The notes under the pieces: generated by a model | The model's database searches: none | What the model was told of the DNA's origin: nothing | What the model saw: the letters and a program-made list of their open reading frames with translations, nothing else | Assembly (NCBI GenBank): GCA_963776275.1 | Contig: CAVZMI010000015.1 | Span: 96,001 to 160,000 of the forward strand | Direction of reading: 5' to 3' | DNA length: 64,000 bases | Origin: Ignavibacteriota bacterium | GTDB taxonomy: Bacteria > Bacteroidota > Ignavibacteria > UBA10030 > CAVZMI01 | Shown: in pieces, positions 1 to 10,920 of the stretch | Layout of the letters: every line of letters begins with the position of its first letter | Numbering within the stretch: the stretch's first letter is position 1 | Program-made: the position numbers and the translations under genes

Positions 1-83
1 TCGATAATGGTAAAAGGTTTTTGCTGCGCAAAAACCGATGTACATAATAATACCATAAAGCATAAAAAATATAAATATTTCAT
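1..83 (-). CDS. N-terminus of a secreted protein (runs off the window)
   Basis: AAGGAG RBS then ATG at 83; translates MKYLYFLCFMVLLCTSVFAQQKPFTII, a Sec signal peptide. Confidence 0.7.
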   Translation of the reverse strand, partial: MKYLYFLCFMVLLCTSVFAQQKPFTII

Positions 84-127
84 ATTATACTCCTTAATAT
101 ATCGGGCATTTGAATATTCCCGATTGT

Positions 128-886
128 TTAAAAAAATCTGTCGTACAATAATTTTATCGTTGTTAGAATCACCATTGTAATGAATACCGGCCTGATGAAG
201 CGGACACCTTTTTGTATAACCAATCCTGCTCCGATCCGTGCCCCGAGAATTTGTCCGACCGCCATGGCGATTCCTGCAGTAAACCAAACCAATCCGCCTG
301 CGAGAAATATAAAAAATGAAACAATATTACTGGTAAAATTCATCACTTTCGTATAGCCCGTAGCACGGGTCAGGTCGAATCCTAGTCCTGTCACTAATGC
401 TATAGCCCAGAAAGATCCAACACCGGGGCCAAAAAAGCCATCATAAAACCCAAGTGCTGACCCTGTAACAGCATAAAACATGATAGGTGAAATTTTTGCC
501 CGGCTCTCGATCCGCCCGACCGATGGAGTGAAGAGCATATAGACGGCGATGACGAGCAGTGCGACGGGGATAGCACTGGCAAGAACACGGTTGTCGATTT
601 GCTGGATTACCCATGTTCCAAGTGCGGCACCAATTAATGTGAAAAGAATCCCCGGGAATGCATCATGCAGCGATACAACATTACCGCGTACGTAATAATA
701 CGACGCGGTGAAACTGCCAAAACTTGCTTGAAATTTATTTGTTGCAAGGGCAACTTGCGGTGGAAAACCGAGGCCGAGAAGAACCGGCAGGGTAATCAAT
801 CCGCCCCCACCGGCAATCGAATCGACCAGTCCTGCAAAGAGTCCTGCAAGAAAAAGAATTGGATAGAATAAGAACGAGTTATGCAT
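128..886 (-). CDS. TSUP (TauE/SafE, YfcA-like) membrane transporter
   Basis: AGLVDSIAGGGGLITLP and GFYDGFFGPGVGSF motifs; highly hydrophobic. Confidence 0.92.
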   Translation of the reverse strand: MHNSFLFYPILFLAGLFAGLVDSIAGGGGLITLPVLLGLGFPPQVALATNKFQASFGSFTASYYYVRGNVVSLHDAFPGILFTLIGAALGTWVIQQIDNRVLASAIPVALLVIAVYMLFTPSVGRIESRAKISPIMFYAVTGSALGFYDGFFGPGVGSFWAIALVTGLGFDLTRATGYTKVMNFTSNIVSFFIFLAGGLVWFTAGIAMAVGQILGARIGAGLVIQKGVRFIRPVFITMVILTTIKLLYDRFF

Positions 887-890
887 AGTG

Positions 891-1655
891 TCATTCTTGG
901 AGAAATTTAATCACAATTCGTGCAAATTCTCCGGGTGCTTCAGCGTGAACCCAATGACCGGCACCGGCAATTGTTGCGATAGTCGATTTGGGAAAAAGCT
1001 TTTTTATCATTGGCATGTCTTTTTGCGTGATGTAGTTTGAAAGCCCCCCTTTGATAAAGAGTGTCGGTTTTCCGAATTTCTCTTTGGTCTCGAGTCCGGC
1101 GTTGATCTCGGCATAGTTTTTCCGGATTATATCGAGATTCATTTTCCACTTGAACTTTCCTTCCTTATCCCGCATTAGATTCTTCATTAGAAACTGACGG
1201 ATCGCGAATTCCGGAATATTTTTTATTAGTAACGCATCGATCTCCTTCCTATTAGTAAATGAAGTAAGATCCAGCGATGCAAGAGCCAAAAGATCAGGAC
1301 TGTAATTTGCGGCGTATGCCTGCGGCGCAATATCAACAACAATAAGTTTATCGACACGATCAGAGAAAGTCAGAGCAAACTGTATTGCCGTTTTTCCACC
1401 CATTGAATGTCCCAGAAGAAACGCCGAAGATAATTTTTGTTGCTCCATGAAATCTCTAACATCATCAGCCAGGACCCGGTAATTAAACTCAGTACTGTGC
1501 GGAGAACGGCCATGATTGCGTGCGTCGAGAGCAAATGTGTGAAATGATTCCCCGAATTGCTTCCCCATCGTATGCCAGTTATCCGATGAACCGAGAAGAC
1601 CGTGGAGTATGATTAGAGGGTGTCCGGAACCATATGATTGGTAATAAAGCTGCAT
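891..1655 (-). CDS. alpha/beta hydrolase, YbfF-like esterase
   Basis: HGLLGS, DARNHGRS, GHSMGGK nucleophile elbow, GHWVHAE catalytic His. Confidence 0.92.
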   Translation of the reverse strand: MQLYYQSYGSGHPLIILHGLLGSSDNWHTMGKQFGESFHTFALDARNHGRSPHSTEFNYRVLADDVRDFMEQQKLSSAFLLGHSMGGKTAIQFALTFSDRVDKLIVVDIAPQAYAANYSPDLLALASLDLTSFTNRKEIDALLIKNIPEFAIRQFLMKNLMRDKEGKFKWKMNLDIIRKNYAEINAGLETKEKFGKPTLFIKGGLSNYITQKDMPMIKKLFPKSTIATIAGAGHWVHAEAPGEFARIVIKFLQE

Positions 1656-1806
1656 AAATCGGATTTTTTGAAAAATTATGTTTTATAAGGTACGCCATTC
1701 ACGCTCGAATTTCAAGTAAAAACACAAGAGGATACCGGAACAAAGAACTCTGGAAAGATGTTAATTACTCGTGACTAATAATTATTTTTTTGGGGGATAA
1801 TTTCCA

Positions 1807-2004
1807 ATGGCAGAAAAAGTCGGTATTCTTGGAACAGGTATTGTTGGACAAACAATTGCCTCAAAGCTTGTGTCGCTTGGATACAATGTAATGATTGGTA
1901 CACGCGATTGGGTGGATCATCGCCGGTGCAGTCATATTTCTGAGTGCGTTCATACTTCTTCGCAGATTAATTCGATCGTTGCGATGGAAACGATGACTCT
2001 TTAA
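1807..2004 (+). pseudogene. Truncated NADP-binding oxidoreductase (F420-dependent NADP reductase-like N-terminus)
   Basis: [18 protein letters not shown]...VMIGTRD Rossmann start; similarity is lost after about 34 aa. Confidence 0.6.
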
Positions 2005-2026
2005 TGTGATTCTGGTGTTATGAAAT

Positions 2027-3244
2027 TTAATGTCCCTGGTAGGCCAATGCTTTCAAGACCATGATACGTTTTCTTAATGGCGGGTGAGTTGCAAAGAGAT
2101 CGGCAAAAAAGCCCTCTTTTTCGTTAACTCTTTTTCCCAACGGGTCGATAATACAAAATGCTGCAACGCCCCTCTTGCAGGAGACCGTAGGTGCCGAAGC
2201 ATTCTCGATTTTTTCGAGTGCACGGATCAATCCGCTGGGATTTCGCGTTAGCTCGACTGCGGATGCGTCGGCAAGATATTCGCGGTTACGCGATATGGCC
2301 ATTGCAAGAAGCCACGCGATAAGCGGTGCGAAAAGTACCGTGATGAGCCATGTGGTGATAAAGATTATTTTAAAAACCCCCTTGACCTGTACAACGTTGT
2401 GTAAACCGTACTGACCAAAGAATAAGCCTTTTCGCGACCAATCGGAAAGAAGCACAACCGAACCGAAAAGTGCAAGGTAGGCAGTCCGTAAACGAATATC
2501 GTAGTTACGGATATGGCTCATCTCATGCGCGATCACACCCTGAAGCTCTTCCCTGTTCAATGCCGTTAACAGACCTTTTGTCACTACAATGCATGAATTT
2601 TCCGGGTCTCTCCCCATTGCAAAAGCATTTGGATCCTTGTCGTTCAAAATCTGGAGTTCGGGATAGGGAATTCCTGCTGCGATGCGCATTTCATCGACGA
2701 CATCGAGAAATTCTTTGCATTCGGGATCGGATTCATCTACCGGAACGGCGTGGAGAGCCCAGAGAATCGAGTGTGAACCCCAGTGAAGAGATGTTGCCGC
2801 ACAGACGATTCCAATGACACCGGCGAATATTGTCCCTAATGGAAAAATCCCATGCAATTGAAATTGTGGAAGAGGCGGACGATGAAAAAGATACTGGTAA
2901 TATTGTTCCCACCCGAGATATGCAATAAAGGCAAAGACAATAAGGAAACGGATGAAGAACATCATCATTCGACCCGGTTCGAGAATATCCGACTCATCGT
3001 CATCCACAGATGACGTAAATCCCATCCTCATCCGGCGCCTTAATCTGAAGAGACTCGATCCGACAATCATTATGATGACCGGCAGTGAGGCAACACGAAA
3101 TGTAAAATGGGAATTTAATACTGAATCAAAAACGAACCCCATCAAGGTCATCAGTACCATAAATGAAACAATCAGGAACAGCGTCATCCGCTGGTTATGA
3201 CGCTGCTGCTCGTACAGGTTTCTGTGATACTCATAGGGCTGCAT
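2027..3244 (-). CDS. M48 family zinc metalloprotease, HtpX paralogue with extra TM segments
   Basis: PNAFAMG, HEMSH (HExxH), SRNREYLADA, FATHPP. Confidence 0.9.
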   Translation of the reverse strand: MQPYEYHRNLYEQQRHNQRMTLFLIVSFMVLMTLMGFVFDSVLNSHFTFRVASLPVIIMIVGSSLFRLRRRMRMGFTSSVDDDESDILEPGRMMMFFIRFLIVFAFIAYLGWEQYYQYLFHRPPLPQFQLHGIFPLGTIFAGVIGIVCAATSLHWGSHSILWALHAVPVDESDPECKEFLDVVDEMRIAAGIPYPELQILNDKDPNAFAMGRDPENSCIVVTKGLLTALNREELQGVIAHEMSHIRNYDIRLRTAYLALFGSVVLLSDWSRKGLFFGQYGLHNVVQVKGVFKIIFITTWLITVLFAPLIAWLLAMAISRNREYLADASAVELTRNPSGLIRALEKIENASAPTVSCKRGVAAFCIIDPLGKRVNEKEGFFADLFATHPPLRKRIMVLKALAYQGH

Positions 3245-4292
3245 GAGTCTCTGGTGATCTCTGATATGCCATTGCCTGTAAAAGCATTATTCGTTTTCTT
3301 ATCGGAGGGTGAGTGCCGAATATTTCGGCAAAGAATCCTTCCTTCTCGTTGATTTTCCTTTCATGTGGATCTGCGATGCATAAATGTGCCGTTCCTTTTT
3401 TGATCGATGTTGTCGGTTCAACCGCCCTATCGATTTTTTTCAGAGCTTCTGCCAGACCAAGGGGATTTCGTGTTAATTCTGCAGCAGAAGCGTCGGCAAG
3501 ATACTCCCGTTTACGCGATACAGCCATTGCCATTAATTGGGCGAGGAGCGGAGCGAGAAGGACTCCGATAATCCAGATGACAAAAAGGATAGCACCGAAC
3601 GGTTCACTGTCCGAACGCGACGAGTCTCGTCGTCTACCGCCGAACCGCATACTGAGTCTTGCCCAGTTGGAGATTAGAATGATCGAGCCTACGAACGCCG
3701 CAATAATTGTCATGAGGCGCACATCGTAATTCCGGATGTGACTCATTTCATGTGCAACAACACCCTGGAGTTCATCGCGATTTAACTTGTCGAGCAAGCC
3801 CTGAGTCACTGCAATATATGAATTATCAGGACGCGTTCCCGTCGCAAAAGCATTCGGATCGGGATCGGGAACAATATAAACCCCAGGCTGTGGAAGACCT
3901 GAAGCAATTCTCATCTCTTCAACGACATTGATTAACTGCTTCTCTGCAGGTTTTCCCGGTGAGGCAGGCACCGCACCGGTTGAAGCAAGGATTGCGCGCG
4001 CCCCGCCGCTCATGCTCCAGAATGCCATCACTACGCCGATGATGATTGCTATCGATGTGCCGATCGGAATTGGAAACGAGGATTCGGAATCCTCATCGAC
4101 ATCATAATATCGTGTAAAATGTTGCGATGGATATCGATGAGAGTAAGTGTCAAGAGTTCCGGTAATGTATAGATCGAAACCGAATCCAAGAAAAACGAGA
4201 AAGAGTCCGAACAGCAGCATTACAACAACAGTCATCCGCTTGTTGTGAGTCTGCTGTTCGTAGAGATTGCGTGAAAGATTTGATGGACTCAT
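3231..4292 (-). CDS. htpX: M48 family zinc metalloprotease HtpX
   Basis: PNAFATG, HEMSH, SRKREYLADA, THPP; directly downstream of lemA. Confidence 0.9.
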   Translation of the reverse strand: MSPSNLSRNLYEQQTHNKRMTVVVMLLFGLFLVFLGFGFDLYITGTLDTYSHRYPSQHFTRYYDVDEDSESSFPIPIGTSIAIIIGVVMAFWSMSGGARAILASTGAVPASPGKPAEKQLINVVEEMRIASGLPQPGVYIVPDPDPNAFATGTRPDNSYIAVTQGLLDKLNRDELQGVVAHEMSHIRNYDVRLMTIIAAFVGSIILISNWARLSMRFGGRRRDSSRSDSEPFGAILFVIWIIGVLLAPLLAQLMAMAVSRKREYLADASAAELTRNPLGLAEALKKIDRAVEPTTSIKKGTAHLCIADPHERKINEKEGFFAEIFGTHPPIRKRIMLLQAMAYQRSPETHAAL

Positions 4293-4865
4293 TTATTTCT
4301 TCAATGACAGATTCACTGTAGGTGCTTCACGTTCTGCAGCTTCGGTGACTTCAAACAACTCCAACGTCCTGAAGCCAAACATTGATGCGATGATATTCCC
4401 CGGAAAAACCTGCTGCATTATATTGAATTTCGTAGCAATATCATTATAAAATTGCCGGGCAAAGGAGATTTTATTCTCGGTGCTGGTCAGCTCTTCCTGA
4501 AGCTGGAGAACGTTCTCGTTCGATTTCAATGTCGGATAATTTTCGACGAGTGCAAAGAGTTTCGAAAGGGCACCGGTCAATACATTTTCCTTCAAAGCAG
4601 AATCCGCTATTCCCTGTGCGCTGACGGCGGAATTCCGAGCGGCAATGACACGCTGAAGCGTTTCCTGCTCAAATTCCATCTGTCCCTTCACCGTGTTCAC
4701 TAGATTCGGAATTAAGTCATGGCGGCGTTTGAGCTGGACATCAATCTGCTTCCAGCCGTTTGTGGTTTGATTCCGGAGTGTGACTAACTGATTGAATTTA
4801 ATGATCGCCCATAGGAGTACTGAGATGATCAAAAAAAGAATAATGAGTGAGATAAGTGCTATCAT
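4293..4865 (-). CDS. lemA: LemA family protein
   Basis: N-terminal TM; IDVQLKRRHDLIPNLV, ENYPTLKSN, TENKISFARQFYND. Confidence 0.95.
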   Translation of the reverse strand: MIALISLIILFLIISVLLWAIIKFNQLVTLRNQTTNGWKQIDVQLKRRHDLIPNLVNTVKGQMEFEQETLQRVIAARNSAVSAQGIADSALKENVLTGALSKLFALVENYPTLKSNENVLQLQEELTSTENKISFARQFYNDIATKFNIMQQVFPGNIIASMFGFRTLELFEVTEAAEREAPTVNLSLKK

Positions 4866-4931
4866 TGAACGGTCTCCTTAAATAAGAAGGTATACTGAAA
4901 TAATACAATTTCAGAAAGCGAAAAGCAATAT

Positions 4932-6075
4932 TTATCCTTGAAACACCGGTAACCCCAGTTCCCTTGCATTCAAAATGCTTGGAACTGCTTCCGGCGGATT
5001 AATGCCAAGGAAAGGATTCATATCAACATGATGCCAGACAGGATAACCCTTTAGAATTCCAATAATATTCAACGCTGCGAGAAGGGCCATGTTCTTCCGT
5101 GTCCAGAGTGTTCCAGAACCTACATGAGGCATCAGGATAACGTTTTCGAGCTGACTTAATCCAGAAGCAAGAACAGGTTCTTCTTCGTACACATCGAGTC
5201 CGGCACGGAAATGCGGATGAGCCCGACAGTGATCCACCAGAGCTTTTTCATCGATGACCGGTCCGCGGCTTGTATTCACAAGAATTGCATTGTCCTTCAT
5301 CATTAGAAGCCTGGATTGATCGATCATATGCCGCGTCGACGGTGTCAGCGGCACATGAAGACTTACAAGATCTGATTTACGGAGAAGTTCGTCGATCGAT
5401 GATGAACGTTTCCAACGGATCGGGTCTTCTCCCTGATCGTGCAAAAATGCAGCGTACCGTGTGAGATAAATTTCAAAAGCTGCATTCTGATGATTGTCGT
5501 AATACACAAGGTTCATTTTATGTCCTTCGACCATCATGCGGGCATATGAAGTACCAATCCGTCCAGCACCGATGATACCCAGAGTTTTCCGCCAGAGAAG
5601 CTCACCGAGGAGAAGATCAGGCAACCAGCCGGTAAATTTTCCTTCACGCATGTATGAGTCTCCTTCGACAATTCTCCGTGCTGCGGCAAATGTCAGTGAA
5701 ACTGCCAGCTCTGCGGTAGTTTCCGTAAGGGACCCCCGGTGTATTTCCGATTGCGATGCCGTGCAGCGTTGCTGCTGCCATATCGATATTATTAAAGCCT
5801 ACGGCATAATTACTATAAACCTTCCCTCCTGATTTTGCCAATGCATCAAATAAAGCATCGGAACACTGATCGAACAATTGTCCGAGGATACCATCGCAGC
5901 GGTTCCCGATTGCTGCGAAGAGTTCCCCGGCCGGCAGAGTATCGCTTCCACAATAAATTTCCACACAACAATCAGCTTCAGCAAATACTTTTTTCCATTC
6001 CTCACCGGGGAGATTTCTGGTAACAATAATACGCTTTTTCCCGGATGGATTATATATATTCCATAGCGCATTCAT
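4932..6075 (-). CDS. D-glycerate dehydrogenase / hydroxypyruvate reductase (plant HPR1-like); one frameshift near 5730
   Basis: ORFs 5644-6075 and 4932-5651 join at a G-run to give GNTPGV-LTETTAELA; GAGRIG, SRGPVIDE, LDVYEEEP, PHVGS motifs. Confidence 0.9.
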
Positions 6076-6243
6076 TGGTACATCTGTTTTTTCTTTGAAG
6101 AAAAGAAAATACCGGAACTATCAATATACACTTCTAGAATCGTAGCGGTCATAAAATCGCACGATTTAGTAGACTGCAGAATTTCACCGAGATCAAAGAG
6201 TGTTAAGGGCCGTTCAATTTAATGTCTCGACTGATGCTCGACA

Positions 6244-8881
6244 CTAGGCCCATAAAATCAACCCATGGCGTAGAGGTTGATCGAGTTCACTATGCCGTGG
6301 GAGGACGCGTACTGTATAACCATGCCGGCCACTTTTTTCACTACTGAGTGTGGTGGTGAATTCAACAACGCCGCCGCGTTTGCTCTCGGTGGGTTTCATT
6401 GGAATAATCTGAGGCTCGGAGATAGATTCATTGGCATCGAGGACGCCCTGATATAACTCAACTGTGACATCTGCAGACGTCAATTTTCCTAGATCGAGCG
6501 TTGCGGTTACCTGCAATGGATCGCCGACTTTCAGGGGATCGCCTATAACGTGCTCCAGCTGCCAGAGTCTCGATACGTTCATCCTGTTCTGACATCCGTC
6601 GGACTGTCTGGGCTTTAACATTTAAGATTTTAATACTCGACCATTGATCACGTAGTGTTGCTTTCCATGCTGCGAGTTCCTTTGCCCGCTGCATTTCGTC
6701 GCTTCGAAAGTGGATATAACGATTGTATGCGGGGAGATAAGACTTTTCGGTATATTCACGAACCATCCGGTTTGTATTGAACCGTGGACAAATCGCACGC
6801 ATCGCCGTTTTCATGCGGCTAATCCATGCCCGGGGTAGGTCGTCGGCACTGCGTTGATAAAAAAGCGGAATAATTTCTTTTTCAAGCAGATCGTATAGAG
6901 CATTGGATTCAACATCGTCCTGATAATTTTCATCATTATAATCTTCGCCGCGTCCGATTGCCCACCCTGTGTTTATCTCGTAGGCTTCGTCCCACCATCC
7001 ATCGAGAATACTCAGATTGATTGCGCCGTTCAGAGTTGCTTTCATTCCGCTTGTTCCGCTTGCCTCCAGCGGACGACGCGGTGTGTTCAGCCAGACATCG
7101 ACACCCTGAACGAGATATCGGGCAACAACCACATCGTAATCTTCAATAAAGACCATCCTGCGGCGGACTTCCGGCAATCGCTCGAAGTGAATGATTTGTC
7201 TGATAATTTCTTTTCCCGGTGTATCAAGTGGATGCGCTTTACCGGCAAATAAAATTTGCACAGGCCGCTCTTTGTTGGTAAGGATACTTTTTAGGCGTTC
7301 GGGATTACGAAGGATAAGCGAAGCTCGTTTATATGTTGCAAACCGTCGTGAGAACCCGATTGTCAGCGCATTCGGATTCAGTATCTCATCAGCGAGGGCG
7401 ACCTCGCTGTGGGGAATACCGCGCGATTCGAGTTGAGCACGTAAACGACTCCGTGCGAATGCTACGAGGCGTTCACGGCGGCGTTCGTGAGTCAGCCATA
7501 ACTCTTCATCAGGGATCTGATGCACACGGCCCCAGAGTTCAGCTTCGCCTGGATTTTCCCGCCAGGTGGGCCCAAGATATCGGTCGTACAATCCTGCCAT
7601 GTCGCGGCTGATCCACGACGGGGCATGCACACCATTGGTAATTGAGGCGATGGGGACTTCGTCGACGGGGATGGCCGGCCACACGTTCTGCCACATTTTT
7701 CGCGAGACGGTTCCGTGCAGTTTGCTCACACCATTACTGTAGCACGACATGCGCAATGCCATGATCGTCATACAGAAACTTTCGTTTTCGTCATTGGGAT
7801 TCTGACGGCCGAGTCCGAGGAATTCTTTCCGGGTCAGCCCAAGTTCCTTATAATAATTTGAGAAATATTTATCCATTAATTCAGGAATGAAGTAATCGTT
7901 TCCGGCGGGGACAGGGGTATGAGTCGTGAACACCGAACCGGCGGTTGTTACTTCACGTGCCTCGGCAAAGCTTAGATGATATTCTTTCATCAACCTGCGG
8001 CATCGTTCGAGCTGAAGGAATGCAGAATGGCCCTCGTTCATATGACAGACTGCGATGCGCTTCCCAAGTGCATGAAGAGCACGACATCCGCCTATTCCGA
8101 GCATGATCTCTTGCTTGACGCGCATTTCTTTGTCGCCGCCATATAATTGATCGGTGATATCTTGATCTTCCTGAGTATTCGGAGGAATGTTGGTATCGAG
8201 GAGATACAACGATACACGACCGACCTGAACACGCCAGATCTGTGCAACGATGGAACGTCCAGGATATTCTACTGATATGGTAATTGGCTTCCCATCCGGA
8301 TCACGCTCGAGTGTCAGCGGCATTGTATAAAAATTGTTCTCGGGATACCGTTCCTGCTGCCAACCGTCGGCATTGAGGTATTGACGAAAATATCCCTGCT
8401 GGTAGAGAATACCGACGCCGATGAGAGGGATACCAAGATCGCTTGCCGACTTCAGGTGGTCGCCGGCAAGCATACCGAGACCTCCCGAGTAAATCGGGAG
8501 ACATTCGGTAAGACCGAATTCTGCAGAGAAGTATGCGATGGTTGGACCGTCCGAAGGCGGATGGACTTTTTTATACCAGGTGACGGGGTTATTCATATAT
8601 GTAGTGAAGCGTTCCCACATTCTGTCGAGCTGGGCAAGGAATGCCTCATCGCGGGCAGCGTTAAGGAGTCGTTCCTGCTTAATGCGTCCGAGCATCAGGA
8701 CCGGATTATGTTGACTGACTTCCCATAAATCCGGATCGAGCCGCATAAAAAGGGCAAGGATCTCGTGATCCCACACCCAGAGCAGGTTATCGGCAAGCTC
8801 ACGAAGGCGTTCGAGTTCTTTTGGTAGCGAAGGAGCAACAGTGTACTTAAAAATGGGGCGGGTCATAATATCCTCCAGCAT
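6244..8881 (-). CDS. glgP: alpha-glucan (glycogen) phosphorylase; frameshift near the C-terminus (about 6550-6620)
   Basis: YSGGLG, NEGH, RRFATYKR, EASGTSGMK PLP-lysine motif; C-terminal domain continues in ORF 6244-6621. Confidence 0.95.
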
Positions 8882-9040
8882 CTAATGAATATTCAATATT
8901 AACGGGTGGAGAGAAGAAAAGCAAGTCAGAGGAAAGCATGGTAGTGGTATACAAATGGAACACACGTTAGCGGGGAGAAAATTGTAGTGAATTCAGTGTG
9001 GATATAGCTATAAAATAGAAACCGAGTGTCTACGATTGAC

Positions 9041-9078
9041 CCCGACATTCCCTGATTGTCATCGGGGTAAACGTCGGG
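9041..9078. repeat. Nested REP-like palindromic element
   Basis: CCCGAC...GTCGGG outer stem enclosing CCCTGAT-TGTC-ATCGGGG inner stem. Confidence 0.5.
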
Positions 9079-9234
9079 ATGACGGGCCCTCAGGGGAGAG
9101 ATGAGAGCTCTCTTACGACGAAAAAGGGATTAATTCTTTTTTCATCCTTCTGAGCTATTCCCGTTTCGAGTAATTATCGATATACTTATCTACAATGCAG
9201 CGCATAGACAACTTACAAACAAAGGAGTATTACT

Positions 9235-9402
9235 ATGAAAATCACGAAGAATCTTGGCATGCTGTTGCTGAGTATCTGGCTCATTGTCTCGGGTCTGGTA
9301 GGGATTATTCCGGCTCTCTATTTCAATGGTCTAAGTACGCTCCTGGCGATACTCGCTGTCGCGGCCGGCGTTTTCGTCCTGCTCGACCGCCGGATCGACT
9401 GA
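9235..9402 (+). CDS. Small 55-aa two-TM membrane protein (not in the ORF track)
   Basis: AAGGAG RBS 8 nt upstream of ATG; MKITKNLGMLLLSIWLIVSGLVGIIPALYFNGLSTLLAILAVAAGVFVLLDRRID*. Confidence 0.8.
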   Translation: MKITKNLGMLLLSIWLIVSGLVGIIPALYFNGLSTLLAILAVAAGVFVLLDRRID

Positions 9403-9426
9403 AAGATATCAAGCTATGAGCTGCGC

Positions 9427-10728
9427 TTAGGTCTCAACAAAGCCGGGGCAGACTCGTCTCAATCCTCTCTCGCTGAGACGAACGCTTGGTGGAATGGGTT
9501 GGCGACCAGGCAGTTTTTTCCCTAATTGTTGGAGATGATTCTTCATTTGCCGGAAATATTCGAAACGAACGGGTGAATATTTTTCCATCGCGCTCACGTA
9601 ATCCGGAGTATAATATGTGTGGTGCCGGGCAATCGCTTCGAGAACCAGAATAAGGCAGCTCCTTTCAATGAGCTTTCTCAGGCCACCGTCTCCATTAAAT
9701 CGAGGCCGTGGGGCGAGTGCAAGAGTCCGGTACATAAATGTAATTAGACGGTTGGTAATTTCGTCAAGGAGTTCCCTGCCGGCTGCATCACCGATAATGG
9801 TTGTCTGATGGTCGTCAAGGTCGCTCTGGAGATCTTGTAGATCGTCGATGATCTGAAGAAATACCCCATAACCAAAAAGAAACTCCGCATCTTCTGTTGA
9901 TAAATCTCCTTTAATGAGATATCCATCGGCAAGCACCGATGTTCCACCTTTTTCAATGCTGATGTCAAGAAGTTCGTGCGAGGAGGGTTTTCTGTTGGTG
10001 CTTTGTTGGGAAACGCTACGAGTCTGGGCATGATGGATAGCCAGAAGACTTTCGAACACATGGGGATATGTTGCGCGATCGAATTCCTTCTCGATCATCT
10101 CAAAAAGTCTGTACATGTCTCGTTCAAGATCGTTCGTTATTGACACCGGCATTCCTGCAAGTCTGAGAGCAAGACGTTGATTGAGTCTACGCTTCGTTTC
10201 TCGATCGATATCCGGTGCATCGAGAGTGTTGTCGGTGTATGGATATAACATGCTGTAAGCGAAGCAGGAAGGCGTCATCGCGACTTTTTGATCGAGATAC
10301 ACCTGAATACTGTTCATGATCCAGACATTCCTGAGAGCCTGGTATATGTCATCAATGCTTAATTCCGGATTGAATTTTTTCGCCTCGTTGATGAAATCAT
10401 CCGTTGATAAAGAAAATTCCTTTTGGGTCTGCTCGTCGAAAGTACAACGGAAAAGTCCGACTGAATTAATAAGTGAATTTCGAACGATGTTTTTTATATG
10501 ATGAAAGCGGATCGCATCGTTGCGCGTATTGTCGTTTGTCAATGAAGAAGAAGCCTGCGCAATGATACAATCGAGTTCTTTCTCTTTCTGACATTGCTGT
10601 TCGGGAGTGAATTGTTCGTGTAATTTTGAAAAACCACCGGAAGAAACATTCCAGAGTCTTTTATAGTAAGACTTTAACGAATTCACGAAAGCGTAAAAGC
10701 CTGTATCGGTATAGGAATAAGTCTGCAT
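9427..10728 (-). CDS. Class I isoprenoid/terpenoid synthase-fold protein of unknown function
   Basis: Asp-rich motifs YPYTDNTLD and QIIDDLQD; EKGGTSVL; predominantly helical. Confidence 0.65.
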   Translation of the reverse strand: MQTYSYTDTGFYAFVNSLKSYYKRLWNVSSGGFSKLHEQFTPEQQCQKEKELDCIIAQASSSLTNDNTRNDAIRFHHIKNIVRNSLINSVGLFRCTFDEQTQKEFSLSTDDFINEAKKFNPELSIDDIYQALRNVWIMNSIQVYLDQKVAMTPSCFAYSMLYPYTDNTLDAPDIDRETKRRLNQRLALRLAGMPVSITNDLERDMYRLFEMIEKEFDRATYPHVFESLLAIHHAQTRSVSQQSTNRKPSSHELLDISIEKGGTSVLADGYLIKGDLSTEDAEFLFGYGVFLQIIDDLQDLQSDLDDHQTTIIGDAAGRELLDEITNRLITFMYRTLALAPRPRFNGDGGLRKLIERSCLILVLEAIARHHTYYTPDYVSAMEKYSPVRFEYFRQMKNHLQQLGKKLPGRQPIPPSVRLSERGLRRVCPGFVET

Positions 10729-10739
10729 TCTATCTTTCG

Positions 10740-10765
10740 TACGAACGATAGGGTGTAAAGTTACA
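10740..10765 (-). promoter_or_regulatory. Candidate ECF sigma promoter
   Basis: TGTAAC-N16-CGTA just upstream of ATG 10728. Confidence 0.45.
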
Positions 10766-10920
10766 GTAAATTTTCTATTCCTAAAGTATTCTATCAGGTT
10801 ATTGAATATACGGACGGTGTTGTGAGGTTGAAATTATAGGGAAAAAATCAACAACACCTACGATCTAACGACTTGCAGAGGTCGCAGGACAGATGAGAGT
10901 TTAATTTCTTTAGAATGACG

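Noticed and set aside
9000-9140. Possible SAM-I riboswitch (GAGATGAGAG end, GGGCCC)
   Set aside because: The 5' ATCnAGAG and GGCAACC core elements are absent; better explained as a palindromic repeat.
9195-9419. 74-aa ORF from the track
   Set aside because: No RBS; it overlaps a better-supported 55-aa membrane ORF in another frame.
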